A stretch of DNA of 47,608 nucleotides, the filler included. It is 2 parts of 2 records of this genome, joined end to end, with 100 filler letters (N's around TTAATTAATTAA, not from the genome) between each part and the next. Parts side by side here need not be neighbours in the genome. Positions count along the whole stretch, not along the records: positions 1 to 16,165 come from SRR33789315_137; positions 16,266 to 47,608 come from SRR33789315_139. The stretch is one strand, 5' to 3'. Within the stretch, counting starts at the first letter, position 1; the number at the start of each line of letters is the position of its first letter. The notes beneath the pieces are model-generated. The model did not search any database and had not been told where the DNA came from. It saw only the letters and a list, made by a program, of their open reading frames with translations. The translations under genes were made by a program, and so were the position numbers. Shown piece by piece: positions 10,481-19,141 of the stretch.

Positions 10481-11340
10481 ACGGACAGCTTCATATATTT
10501 ACGATTCACTCTAATCATACTCAATAACTCATCAATGTATTCTTGACCTCGAATTGAGTAACTTTGTAAGCCTTGGGCCAATGCCTCAGCAGTGATTGGC
10601 CGATTTTTTACTCTTAATCTAGCTCTAATATCGCGCAATTCTTCGTAGGCATAATGTCGATTTAAATTCCTAATATAGGTCATCACGGCGTGCGACAAAT
10701 TACGAAATTTTGCCACTTCATGGACTTCTTCATCATCACGTTGGGTAGGAACAAAACCACAGCCTTTTCTAAAACACCATAAACCAAAGAAGTTATACCC
10801 GTTTTGCGCAAAACGGGATGTACCCCAAGCTGATTCATTTGCAGCTTGAACCAAAATCAGCGCGGGAGGAATAATATCCACCCGTTTGACTAATTCCTTT
10901 AATAAGGCATGAGTAGACTCTTCATCTTCTAGTTTATATTTGACCGCTAACTTGTCTAAAACTAGACGATGACGTGCACTAAGAGTAGAAGACTGCGCAA
11001 ACTGGTTTGATAGAGATAGTACAATTTCTCGCTCGCGCAATACTATTGTATTTTGGCGTCTAATTTCAGGGAGTAAATAGGCAAAAAGTAGTTTTTTCTT
11101 TTCAACAACATCTTCAATTTCAGCAAAATTAGGAATTTCTTTATAGCTATTTTCTAAGCGAGGCACTTCCATATGTTCCATACTGACAATGTCATTTGAT
11201 ACATCAATCGGCTCAACTTCTGTTTTAAATAGGAGGGCACTAATACCAATGAGCAAAAAAAACACCAAAAAAAGCAAGGTAAAATTTAGCTTACTTTTAG
11301 ATTTGTGTTTGTGTTTTGCTTTGCTTTTATGTTTAGGCAT
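10477..11340 (-). CDS. Bax-type glucosaminidase (GH73-like) membrane-anchored protein
   Basis: QAANESAWGTSRFA..G.NFFGLWC..KGCG, NLN.H.AY, YS.RG..Y. Confidence 0.88.
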   Translation of the reverse strand: MPKHKSKAKHKHKSKSKLNFTLLFLVFFLLIGISALLFKTEVEPIDVSNDIVSMEHMEVPRLENSYKEIPNFAEIEDVVEKKKLLFAYLLPEIRRQNTIVLREREIVLSLSNQFAQSSTLSARHRLVLDKLAVKYKLEDEESTHALLKELVKRVDIIPPALILVQAANESAWGTSRFAQNGYNFFGLWCFRKGCGFVPTQRDDEEVHEVAKFRNLSHAVMTYIRNLNRHYAYEELRDIRARLRVKNRPITAEALAQGLQSYSIRGQEYIDELLSMIRVNRKYMKLSV

Positions 11341-12082
11341 CAAATATTGAATCCACTGGTTGTTTTTGACCTAACTCTACATTGACCGTTTTAACTCTAA
11401 TACCAAATAGTTCACGGTATAAAACCCCTTTTAAATTAAAATAAAATGGAATTATCCAAATATACGCTAAACCAAAGGTTAACATTCCGATAAAAAACAA
11501 TACAAAAGCCCCTACATAAAACAGGCTTAATTGCCACCAATAACGATTGAATACTCGAATTGATTGCATAATAGCCTGACTTGGAGCTAATTTTTTTTCA
11601 ACGTATAACATCATCGCAAAGCCGGTTGCTAAACCAAGGTATATTCCAGGCACTAGAAATAAAGCGAAGCCTAGATAGACAATAACAAGCACCGCTACTG
11701 CCAGAAAAATAACCAATGCAGAATTTATAATCCTACGTAACACCATAGAGAAAGCCGGGCGTTCTCCTACACTATGGGAAATCCCAGTCATAAACATAGC
11801 CGCGACTAAAGGCGCGGTAATGATCGTCACGATAATTTGTAATGCGAGTTGCGCATTAGGTGGTGCGGTCTGCCAATCTTGAATGTCGAAAATATGTTCT
11901 AAAATCGCAATACATAACAAAACCAAACCAAATATAAGCAAAGCACCTTGCAGTAAACTCCCTTTTCTCGTTTGGCTAAGTGTCCATGCTTCTTTGGCGA
12001 GCTTTTGCATATCAAGTTCAACTTGACCTTGTAAGCTATTTTCAACACTACCACCTACATTCTCGTATTTATCTTGATTCAC
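11333..12082 (-). CDS. Conserved multi-pass membrane protein of unknown function
   Basis: About five hydrophobic helices, LFLVPGIYL motif; likely GTG start at 12082 after an AAGG Shine-Dalgarno. Confidence 0.7.
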   Translation of the reverse strand: MNQDKYENVGGSVENSLQGQVELDMQKLAKEAWTLSQTRKGSLLQGALLIFGLVLLCIAILEHIFDIQDWQTAPPNAQLALQIIVTIITAPLVAAMFMTGISHSVGERPAFSMVLRRIINSALVIFLAVAVLVIVYLGFALFLVPGIYLGLATGFAMMLYVEKKLAPSQAIMQSIRVFNRYWWQLSLFYVGAFVLFFIGMLTFGLAYIWIIPFYFNLKGVLYRELFGIRVKTVNVELGQKQPVDSIFDA

Positions 12083-12123
12083 TATTATGCCTTTTTTCAA
12101 ATTTTCAACTTATCTTTAGTCTC

Positions 12124-12768
12124 TTAAGCGGTAATAACCAACTTAATAGCCAATAATATAAGTATTGCTCCCATGATCCGATCAAACCAAAACCCTTTGG
12201 CGGTTAAGAAACCTCTTACTTTTTTGGAACTTAACAAATAAGATAAACCACAAAACCAAATTCCTGTGGCAATCGATAAATATATACCATAGACCAACTT
12301 AACATGATTTGGAGTATCGGGGGATACTGCAACAACAAACACGGATAAAAAAAATAGGGTCGCTTTAGGGTTTATGCCATTGGTTAAAAACCCTAACCAA
12401 AATGCCTTTTTATTGGATATTTTAAGCCTTTGGTCTTGTTGAAAGAGTTCCTTTTCTTTTTTATGTGCCTGACTTCGTATCGCTCCCCAGCCAATATAAA
12501 ATAAATAAGCAGCAGCCGCATAACTGAGTAAGGAAAACAAGCCTGGAGTATTTTTGATGACTAACCCAATTCCAAGTAAAGAATAAGCAACATGCACCAA
12601 AATCGCCAAACCAATACCAACACTGGTATACATAGCCGCCCTACGTCCATAACTAATACTGTGTTTTAGTACAACTGCAAAATCAGGCCCGGGGCTTGCC
12701 ACAGCTAAAATATGCACACTAGCAATAGTAATAAATTCAAGCCAATACTGAGAAAAAAATTCTTGCAC
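12124..12768 (-). CDS. LysE/RhtB family translocator
   Basis: ASPGPDF, GFLTN..NPKA..FF. Confidence 0.92.
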   Translation of the reverse strand: MQEFFSQYWLEFITIASVHILAVASPGPDFAVVLKHSISYGRRAAMYTSVGIGLAILVHVAYSLLGIGLVIKNTPGLFSLLSYAAAAYLFYIGWGAIRSQAHKKEKELFQQDQRLKISNKKAFWLGFLTNGINPKATLFFLSVFVVAVSPDTPNHVKLVYGIYLSIATGIWFCGLSYLLSSKKVRGFLTAKGFWFDRIMGAILILLAIKLVITA

Positions 12769-12781
12769 TAATATTACTCTA

Positions 12782-13513
12782 TTAATTAATTTGATTAAAA
12801 AACTGCGGCACTATAACACTCGCTAATCCATAGTGATGCTCAGTGAAGTTATTTTTACCCGCACTCGGCTCTAAATTGAGTTCAACCGTGTGCGCTCCCA
12901 TACGTTTGGCGACATCAACAAAATTGGCCGCAGGATAAACATTGCCTGATGTTCCTATAGAAACAAACAGATCACATTGACAAAGCGCTTTTTCAATCTC
13001 ATCCATGTAATACGGTATTTCTCCAAACCAAACAATATCAGGGCGCATTGTATTGGCAGGTTCACAACAACCACAAGGCAAATTTCCATCAAACGCTTCA
13101 GTTATTACAACAGACGTACCACTATGAGTACATCGAGCCCGCTGTAGCTCACCGTGCATATGAAAGACTTTTTTACTGCCGGCACGTTCATGCAGATTAT
13201 CAACATTTTGTGTGACCAAAACAAAATGTTCACCGTATAGTTTTTCAATTTTAGCCAGCTCTAAATGTGCACTATTAGGCTGTATCGCATCGCTCAACAA
13301 CTGTTGGCGCCTCATATTGTAGAAATCATAAACCAATTGCGGATTTCGCTGAAATCCTTCTGGCGTGGCAACATCTTCTAATGCATGTTCATCCCACAAT
13401 CCATTGCTATCACGAAAAGTGCTAATCCCCGATTCCGCGGATATTCCTGCCCCACTAAGCACAACAATATTTTGGTATTTTTTCAATTTTACTGCCTGTC
13501 GTTTTAGTCGCAT
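12782..13513 (-). CDS. cobB: NAD-dependent protein deacylase (class III sirtuin)
   Basis: GAGISAESG..TFR, TQNVDNLHERAG, HMHG, RPDIVWFGE, GTSG.VYPAA; FYN.RR desuccinylase pocket; exact start uncertain. Confidence 0.93.
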   Translation of the reverse strand: MRLKRQAVKLKKYQNIVVLSGAGISAESGISTFRDSNGLWDEHALEDVATPEGFQRNPQLVYDFYNMRRQQLLSDAIQPNSAHLELAKIEKLYGEHFVLVTQNVDNLHERAGSKKVFHMHGELQRARCTHSGTSVVITEAFDGNLPCGCCEPANTMRPDIVWFGEIPYYMDEIEKALCQCDLFVSIGTSGNVYPAANFVDVAKRMGAHTVELNLEPSAGKNNFTEHHYGLASVIVPQFFNQIN

Positions 13514-13608
13514 ATTAGCATCCGAACCGGGCAAAAAATAGCGAGTCTAGTTGTTGGTAGGCATTGTAGTCACAGCAAAAGCATCTTATGCTTAATTAAA
13601 TATTCGTT

Positions 13609-14442
13609 ATGGTCTTTAATCTTTTGCCAACATCATCACTGCCCTTTACTCAAAGAATCGAGAGACTTTATAGTGAGTTGTCGCCTAACGGGCGAAAGCT
13701 TGCCAACCATTTATTACACAACTCACAAGATATTATTAATTGTACTGTTGCTGAACTTGCAACGATTACGCATACCTCAAAGGCAACAGTGAGTCGTTTT
13801 TTCAGGCAATTAGGCTATGACTCTCATTTTGATGTAAAGCGAGAGATGAACGAATTAAGAGCTAGCGGCTACCCGATAAGTACAGATGTAACAGACGTTA
13901 CAGGCTATAAATCTGAGTTAAATCGATTAAAGCAAACTTTTGATAATATTAATAATGAACATTTATTGCAGTTAATTGATGACATAGTTCAAGCAAAGCG
14001 AATTACCCTATTCGGTTTTCGTAATAGTTACCCAGTAGCATTGCATTTTCGTCAACAACTACAACAAATAAAAACACAGGTTAAGGTGTTACCCTACCCC
14101 GGACAAAGCATTAGCGAAGATATAGAAGATATACAGAGCGACGAACTTATTATCTTCCTTGGATTTCGACGCCGACCTAAAATATTTTCTGAATTGCTCA
14201 AACAATTTAGTCAGCATAAGGTCGCTTTATTCGCCGATCCTTCAGGCCAAATTTATAAAGACAACTGCCACTATTTATTTATTTGTCAATTAGGCCAAGA
14301 GCAAGCGTTAGACAGCTATGCTGCCCCAATGAGCCTAATATCTGTTATTTGCAATAAAGTTTTAGCAGTCTTATCCAGCCAGGGACACAAACGCATTGGC
14401 CGCATATCAGAACGTTTTAGACAACTTGAGGAACTAGAATAA
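13609..14442 (+). CDS. RpiR/MurR family transcriptional regulator (HpxU-like)
   Basis: HTH segment SKATVSRFFRQLGY plus SIS domain GFRNSYP. Confidence 0.9.
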   Translation: MVFNLLPTSSLPFTQRIERLYSELSPNGRKLANHLLHNSQDIINCTVAELATITHTSKATVSRFFRQLGYDSHFDVKREMNELRASGYPISTDVTDVTGYKSELNRLKQTFDNINNEHLLQLIDDIVQAKRITLFGFRNSYPVALHFRQQLQQIKTQVKVLPYPGQSISEDIEDIQSDELIIFLGFRRRPKIFSELLKQFSQHKVALFADPSGQIYKDNCHYLFICQLGQEQALDSYAAPMSLISVICNKVLAVLSSQGHKRIGRISERFRQLEELE

Positions 14443-14474
14443 AGCCATCAATATTATTTTCTTGATTTCATCAA

Positions 14475-14521
14475 TGAAACCAACCGTTTCACTTGACTAT
14501 TACCTGAAACAGTTGTTTCAT
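14475..14521 (+). promoter_or_regulatory. Tandem palindromic operator flanking/overlapping a sigma70 promoter
   Basis: TGAAAC-N5-GTTTCA (14475-14491) and TGAAAC-N4-GTTTCA (14505-14520); TTGACT at 14493-14498 and a weak -10 TTTCAT 17 nt later. Confidence 0.65.
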
Positions 14522-14543
14522 TGGTCGCATAGATATTTTTGTT

Positions 14544-15740
14544 ATGTATATGATGAAACACACAAGCGCTTACAATCCTTATATATTAGAATTCAATCCC
14601 CCTTTAAGCGGTAATGGTCAATCATTACAACACCTAAAGGTAGCGGTAAAAGATTTGTTTCATATCGCGGGTTACCCCACTACTGCGGGCAATCCCGATT
14701 GGTTAAAAAGCCATGCAGTACCAACTTCAACATCCCCCGTCATTAATACGCTGCTGAATGAAGGAGCTTGTATCGTCGGTAAAACTATCACTGATGAACT
14801 AGCGTACAGCTTAAATGGCCAAAACATACATTATGGCACGCCAGTTAATGGCATTGATGCGGCACTTTTACCCGGGGGTTCGAGCAGCGGCTCTGCGAGT
14901 GCAGTTGCACAAGGTCGTGCTGATATTGGTTTAGGAACAGACACTGGCGGTTCAATCCGCATTCCAGCCAGTTATAACCAATTATTTGGCTTAAGACCCT
15001 CTCACGGAGTCATTTCTACTGAACACTTAGTTGGTTTAGCGCCGAGTTTTGACACCGTAGGATGGATGACAAGAGATCTCAACACCTTGATAAAAGTCGC
15101 TGATGTCCTATTGGCTACTTTAGCCAAAAATCCTCACCAAGATAAAATTCGTGTAGGCTACATGCCGCAAATTAATATGCTATGTGATCAACAAATGAGT
15201 TTAAACAAGATAGTAGAAGGCTGTAAAAATACGACTAACTTGAGCGTAGTTGATGTGTCTTCGGTACTTAAACTTGCTGATTTACATAAGGCTTCTGCGG
15301 CATTCAGAATATTACAAGGAGCTGAAATATGGGCAACTCATGGGCGATGGATAGAAGAGTATCAACCCACGTTTGCTTTAGACATCGTTGAACGTTTTAC
15401 TTGGTGCAAAGGCATTTCAGTTGAACAACAAGCACAAGCCTCTGAACTACAGAGCCAATTCAATGCAAAAATAGCGCAATTGTTTGAGCAAGTTGATTAT
15501 ATCTTAATGCCTACGACTCCTGGCAGTGCACCGCTTTTAACAATAAACGAGACTGATCTGGCTGCCTATAGAAATACGTTGTTATCGATGACTTGTATTG
15601 CAGGACTTGCCGGATTACCACAGCTGCAACTGCCTTTAAAACTGCAAAAAACAGGCCCTATGGGAGTATCCATCTTGGGACAAAAATACCATGATCGAGA
15701 CTTGTTAGAATTTGCAAAAACCTTATTGGAACTATTGTAA
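14544..15740 (+). CDS. Amidase signature family enzyme
   Basis: VKDLF (Lys), GGSSSGS, GTDTGGSIRIPAS (Ser-cisSer-Lys triad). Confidence 0.93.
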   Translation: MYMMKHTSAYNPYILEFNPPLSGNGQSLQHLKVAVKDLFHIAGYPTTAGNPDWLKSHAVPTSTSPVINTLLNEGACIVGKTITDELAYSLNGQNIHYGTPVNGIDAALLPGGSSSGSASAVAQGRADIGLGTDTGGSIRIPASYNQLFGLRPSHGVISTEHLVGLAPSFDTVGWMTRDLNTLIKVADVLLATLAKNPHQDKIRVGYMPQINMLCDQQMSLNKIVEGCKNTTNLSVVDVSSVLKLADLHKASAAFRILQGAEIWATHGRWIEEYQPTFALDIVERFTWCKGISVEQQAQASELQSQFNAKIAQLFEQVDYILMPTTPGSAPLLTINETDLAAYRNTLLSMTCIAGLAGLPQLQLPLKLQKTGPMGVSILGQKYHDRDLLEFAKTLLELL

Positions 15741-16165
15741 TGAATATCAAAAACAAATCCGTCGCTTTTACTGCGCCACATTATGCAGCAAGCCAAGTTG
15801 GCCAAAAAATACTCGAGCAAGGAGGCACCGCTGTAGAAGCAATGGTTGCGGCAGCGGCCTCAATCTCCGTCGTATACCCGCATATGAACAGTATGGGCGG
15901 GGATGGATTTTGGCTGATTAGTGAGCCAGGTAAAGAGCCGATTGCAATTGACGCCAGCGGAGTAGCCGCGAAAGCCGCTAATTTAGATTTTTATAGCGCT
16001 CATAAAACGATACCTACTCGGGGCGGTTTAGCGGCGTTAACTATGGCTGGCGCTGTTGCGGGTTGGCAAAAAGCCTTAGAATTAACTCAAGCTTGGCAGC
16101 CAGTAATACCATTAGCAGAATTACTTGCCCCTGCTATTGGTCAAGCTGAATGGGGCATTGAAGTC
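15740..16165 (+). CDS. Gamma-glutamyltransferase family protein (HpxW oxamate amidohydrolase-like), 3'-truncated at contig end
   Basis: APHY.AS..G..IL..GG.A.EA, VVYPHMN..GGDGFWLI; TAATG coupling to the amidase stop. Confidence 0.85.
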
Positions 16166-16265
16166 NNNNNNNNNNNNNNNNNNNNNNNNNNNNNNNNNNN
16201 NNNNNNNNNTTAATTAATTAANNNNNNNNNNNNNNNNNNNNNNNNNNNNNNNNNNNNNNNNNNNN
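16166..16265. other. Artificial contig-joining spacer
   Basis: 44 N + TTAATTAATTAA (stops in all six frames, 16210-16221) + 44 N = 100 nt; base composition changes across it. Confidence 0.98.
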
Positions 16266-16266
16266 G

Positions 16267-16311
16267 TCTGGTAAATCCGGCAAGTCTGGTAAATCTGGCA
16301 AGTCTGGTCAC
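16267..16311 (+). repeat. 9-bp coding tandem repeat TCYGGYAAR (4 copies plus one variant)
   Basis: tctggtaaa tccggcaag tctggtaaa tctggcaag tctggtcac. Confidence 0.9.
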
Positions 16312-16887
16312 TGGGGTGGTCACTCTGGCGGCGGCAATGGCGGCGGAACAGATCCAGTAACAGAGACATTGACGGTTTGGGCTGGCGATACAACAGTAGG
16401 CAATGGCAGCACATTCACGTTTAGCAATGACTTCTGTGGCCCTGAAGAGCCTCCCGTTATTACGCTTCCCAACGCGGCGTGCTACAACATCTATGCAGGT
16501 GTCGCCACGAGCGCATCGGTATTCGCACCGGTGGGAATCACTGACTCGCCAGTCGGGATTATTAATTCATTCTCGCCAGCAGTAGGAGGTTTTGGATCAT
16601 CATTCCTGAAACCGAATAACACCAATGTTGCGAATTTGTTGGCACTCGTCTCGGGCAACTCAATGCAGGTCACCGTTTCGCCCACTGGCAGTGGCTTCGG
16701 CGTGTACATGACCAATGTCTATTTGGGTGCAGCCGGCAGTTTCGATAATGTCTCGCCACTGCTCTATGGCTATTCGGCCACAGGCAGCAACGCGAATACC
16801 TTATTGATCGACCTGCCAGCGAATTTGCCGGCGACAACGGACCTTGTGGTGCACACCATGCTTTGTCCTTCAAGCGTATTCGATTGA
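16267..16887 (+). CDS. C-terminal part of an unknown protein with (SGK)n repeats, a Gly-rich linker and a beta-rich domain; 5'-truncated
   Basis: Frame is open from the contig edge: SGKSGKSGKSGKSGHWGGHSGGGNGGGTDPVTET runs into the 16369-16887 ORF; strong terminator follows. Confidence 0.8.
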   Translation, partial: SGKSGKSGKSGKSGHWGGHSGGGNGGGTDPVTETLTVWAGDTTVGNGSTFTFSNDFCGPEEPPVITLPNAACYNIYAGVATSASVFAPVGITDSPVGIINSFSPAVGGFGSSFLKPNNTNVANLLALVSGNSMQVTVSPTGSGFGVYMTNVYLGAAGSFDNVSPLLYGYSATGSNANTLLIDLPANLPATTDLVVHTMLCPSSVFD

Positions 16888-16912
16888 TAGACCCTTTTTG
16901 AGTTCGTCTCAT

Positions 16913-16948
16913 AGCGCCCCGATGGCTTCCATCGGGGCGCTTTTTTTT
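16913..16948 (+). terminator. Rho-independent terminator
   Basis: 13-bp stem AGCGCCCCGATGG-CTT-CCATCGGGGCGCT plus T-tract. Confidence 0.92.
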
Positions 16949-16966
16949 GCCTATAAGAAAGTACTT

Positions 16967-16994
16967 CGACGGATTCGACTCGTCCTTGCGTATA
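16967..16994 (+). promoter_or_regulatory. Candidate autoregulatory ECF sigma promoter
   Basis: CGACGGATTC...GCGTATA just after the terminator and upstream of the ECF gene; CGT-containing -10 is typical of ECF promoters. Confidence 0.45.
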
Positions 16995-17127
16995 CCCATG
17001 CAGATAAGAAAAGTAGGCGCGGTGCGAAAGAGGCGCTAATCACTGTGAGCTGGACGAACGGATCCATACACCACACTAATAACGCGGTATTATCCGAGCA
17101 CATGGTCTACGGGATAGCAGTCTCACA

Positions 17128-17655
17128 ATGACAGAAGACGAAGTTTTAATGCGGGCGATTCAGGCAGGAGACTCCAAAGCCTATGATAGCGCGGTTCGCC
17201 AGCATATTAAGCCGCTTAGTCATTATGCGTTTCGCATGCTCGGGAATAGTAAAGATACCGAGGATATTGTGCAGGAGACTTTGCTGCGTCTATGGACCCA
17301 TGCCGAAAGCTGGAAACCCGACAAAGCTGGAGTGTCCACATGGTTGCATCGAATTGCTCACAACCTCTGTATAGATTATTTACGCAAAGACAAATCGAGC
17401 ATAAGTGGTGAATTGACCGATGATCTCGACTCTGGCGATAAACCGGCAGAGGCGCCCGAACGCGAAGAGCGCCTAGAGGCCTTGCGAGAAGCACTTAATA
17501 CGCTGCCAGAGAGACAACGCAGCGCGATTATCCTAAGCCACTACCAAGGCTTTTCGAATAAGGAGATCGCGACTGTAATGGACATTTCAGTCGATGCCCT
17601 AGAATCCATATTGGCACGGGCACGACGCGGGCTTCGAGCTCAACTTAGTGAATGA
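17128..17655 (+). CDS. ECF RNA polymerase sigma-70 factor
   Basis: EDIVQETLLRLW, TWLHRIAHNLCID..RK (region 2); LPERQR...L....G.S..EIA (region 4). Confidence 0.95.
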   Translation: MTEDEVLMRAIQAGDSKAYDSAVRQHIKPLSHYAFRMLGNSKDTEDIVQETLLRLWTHAESWKPDKAGVSTWLHRIAHNLCIDYLRKDKSSISGELTDDLDSGDKPAEAPEREERLEALREALNTLPERQRSAIILSHYQGFSNKEIATVMDISVDALESILARARRGLRAQLSE

Positions 17656-18169
17656 CGCGCCAAGAGAGCGCGAATTGGTTAAAGGGAAAATGCGGGGCAA
17701 TATCACCATGACAATGACAGCACAACGGTTTGAACAAATAGTGACAGCCTATGGCAGTGAGCCATCGCGCTGGCCCGCCGCAGAGCGAGAGGCCGCCTTG
17801 CATTATTTGACCATTACCCCCTCGGCAAACGGATTAATTGAGGAGTATCGCGAACTCAATTCGCTACTCGATTCTGTGTGTGTTCCAGAACTTGGATCGA
17901 TGGAACAACGCGTACTGCGAGCGCTGCAAGAGGCTACCCGCGAAAGCCTACTCGACAGGGTGATGGAATGGCTATTACCGCGCCAGGGTCGTGGCATGGC
18001 ATGGGCTTGGCGCCCTGCCTTGATCGCCTGCCTCCCACTCATCTGCGGTATTTATATGGCGAATTTCTATAGTTTCGGAGTTGATACTGGTATCGATACT
18101 GCAGAGAACTCCTGGCAGGAAGAGCTCTATCTTATCTCGATGAATGACTACGCGGAGATTAGCGAATGA
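17648..18169 (+). CDS. Putative single-pass anti-sigma factor
   Basis: Overlaps the ECF stop; RFE.IV.AYG..P.RWP..ER motif and one TM helix; start may be 17708. Confidence 0.65.
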   Translation: MNDAPRERELVKGKMRGNITMTMTAQRFEQIVTAYGSEPSRWPAAEREAALHYLTITPSANGLIEEYRELNSLLDSVCVPELGSMEQRVLRALQEATRESLLDRVMEWLLPRQGRGMAWAWRPALIACLPLICGIYMANFYSFGVDTGIDTAENSWQEELYLISMNDYAEISE

Positions 18170-18654
18170 GTGGCAACAGAAGGCGCATTCTCAATGTCGT
18201 ATTGGTAGTCTCCTTAGCGCTGAACCTCTTAGTATTTGGCGGTATAGCGGCTCGTATTCTGTTGTCGCCGAATGGTCGCCCAATTCCGCCCAACCTGTTT
18301 TGGGTGCTCGATACCTTGGATGAAGATACTCAGGCTCGCCTCCGCCCCACTATGCAGGCCTTCAGCGAAGAGATGCGCCCCATGCGTTTTTCGCTATTTC
18401 AAGCGCAGCGTGAAGTGAACGATTTGTTAACGGAGGACCCACTCAACACAGAAGCAATTGCGGTGGCTTTTGAGAAGCTGCGTGACGCAGGACTCGAGTA
18501 CCAAGACATCGCCCATCGCCAAACCCTTGCGGTATTCGGAGAGCTAACTCCCGAGCAGCGAGTCTCGGCAATGAGCTTCATTCAAGAACGTATGCGCCCA
18601 CCGCGTGAGCGCAATAGAGATCACGGTAATTCGGATGAAACTCCCGCGCTATAA
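18166..18654 (+). CDS. Periplasmic heavy-metal sensor (Metal_resist / CnrX-ZraP-Spy-like)
   Basis: N-terminal TM SLALNL, helical body, LTPEQR motif; ATGA coupling. Confidence 0.8.
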   Translation: MSGNRRRILNVVLVVSLALNLLVFGGIAARILLSPNGRPIPPNLFWVLDTLDEDTQARLRPTMQAFSEEMRPMRFSLFQAQREVNDLLTEDPLNTEAIAVAFEKLRDAGLEYQDIAHRQTLAVFGELTPEQRVSAMSFIQERMRPPRERNRDHGNSDETPAL

Positions 18655-18671
18655 ATATTGCGAGATAGCGC

Positions 18672-19004
18672 TTAAGGGGTGACGCGATAAAGGGTTTGCT
18701 CACCCTGCGAACTGCGCTGAATCATCTGGTCGGCAGTCACAAACTCCACCGTACTGATGACCTCCTGCCCCATAGCATCCAACTTAATCGTATCGTCATC
18801 TAGCCACTCATAGGGAAACGAGACACCGAAGGCATCCACTGCGATTTCGGTTTCGCCATAGGTTAGGACAATACTCTGCCCACCAAAATCGGCGTTCCAT
18901 GTGCCTAGAATCATTTCTTGTTTCGAGGGTGCTGAGGTGCTCGCGCAGGCCGCCAACATTAGTCCTAAAACCAAGCCAAGAGAGATTTTTGTTATTTGTT
19001 GCAT
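18672..19004 (-). CDS. Small lipoprotein of unknown function
   Basis: Lipobox LAAC after a hydrophobic stretch; GAGGA Shine-Dalgarno before ATG 19004; ILGTW beta motif. Confidence 0.75.
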   Translation of the reverse strand: MQQITKISLGLVLGLMLAACASTSAPSKQEMILGTWNADFGGQSIVLTYGETEIAVDAFGVSFPYEWLDDDTIKLDAMGQEVISTVEFVTADQMIQRSSQGEQTLYRVTP

Positions 19005-19141
19005 AGTGTTCCTCACTAATTGCTGTGCTTGTTGTAATCTACCGACAATACTACTGCTAACTGGCCGTCGACGCATCGAATTTTCTGCTAAGCTTATCCG
19101 CGACAAGCTAAAGTGTAGTTTCCACGAGACAACGAGACTCT

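Noticed and set aside
12782..13513. Sirtuin as a defence effector (Thoeris/DSR-type)
   Set aside because: All motifs match housekeeping CobB and there is no TIR, HerA or Argonaute neighbour.
14462..14474. FNR-like palindrome TTGAT-TTC-ATCAA
   Set aside because: The spacer is 3 nt rather than the required 4, and no fnr is visible in the contig.
16210..16221. Perfect palindrome TTAATTAATTAA
   Set aside because: Synthetic six-frame stop linker centred in the N spacer, not biological.
16267..16311. Possible CRISPR array or iteron set
   Set aside because: Units are 9 bp, contiguous, have no spacers and lie in a coding frame. No cas or rep genes are nearby.
16214..16414. 66-aa minus-strand ORF with QTCQIYQTCRIYQ repeats
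   Set aside because: Antisense reading of the SGK repeat that runs into the N spacer. Third-position variation supports the plus frame.
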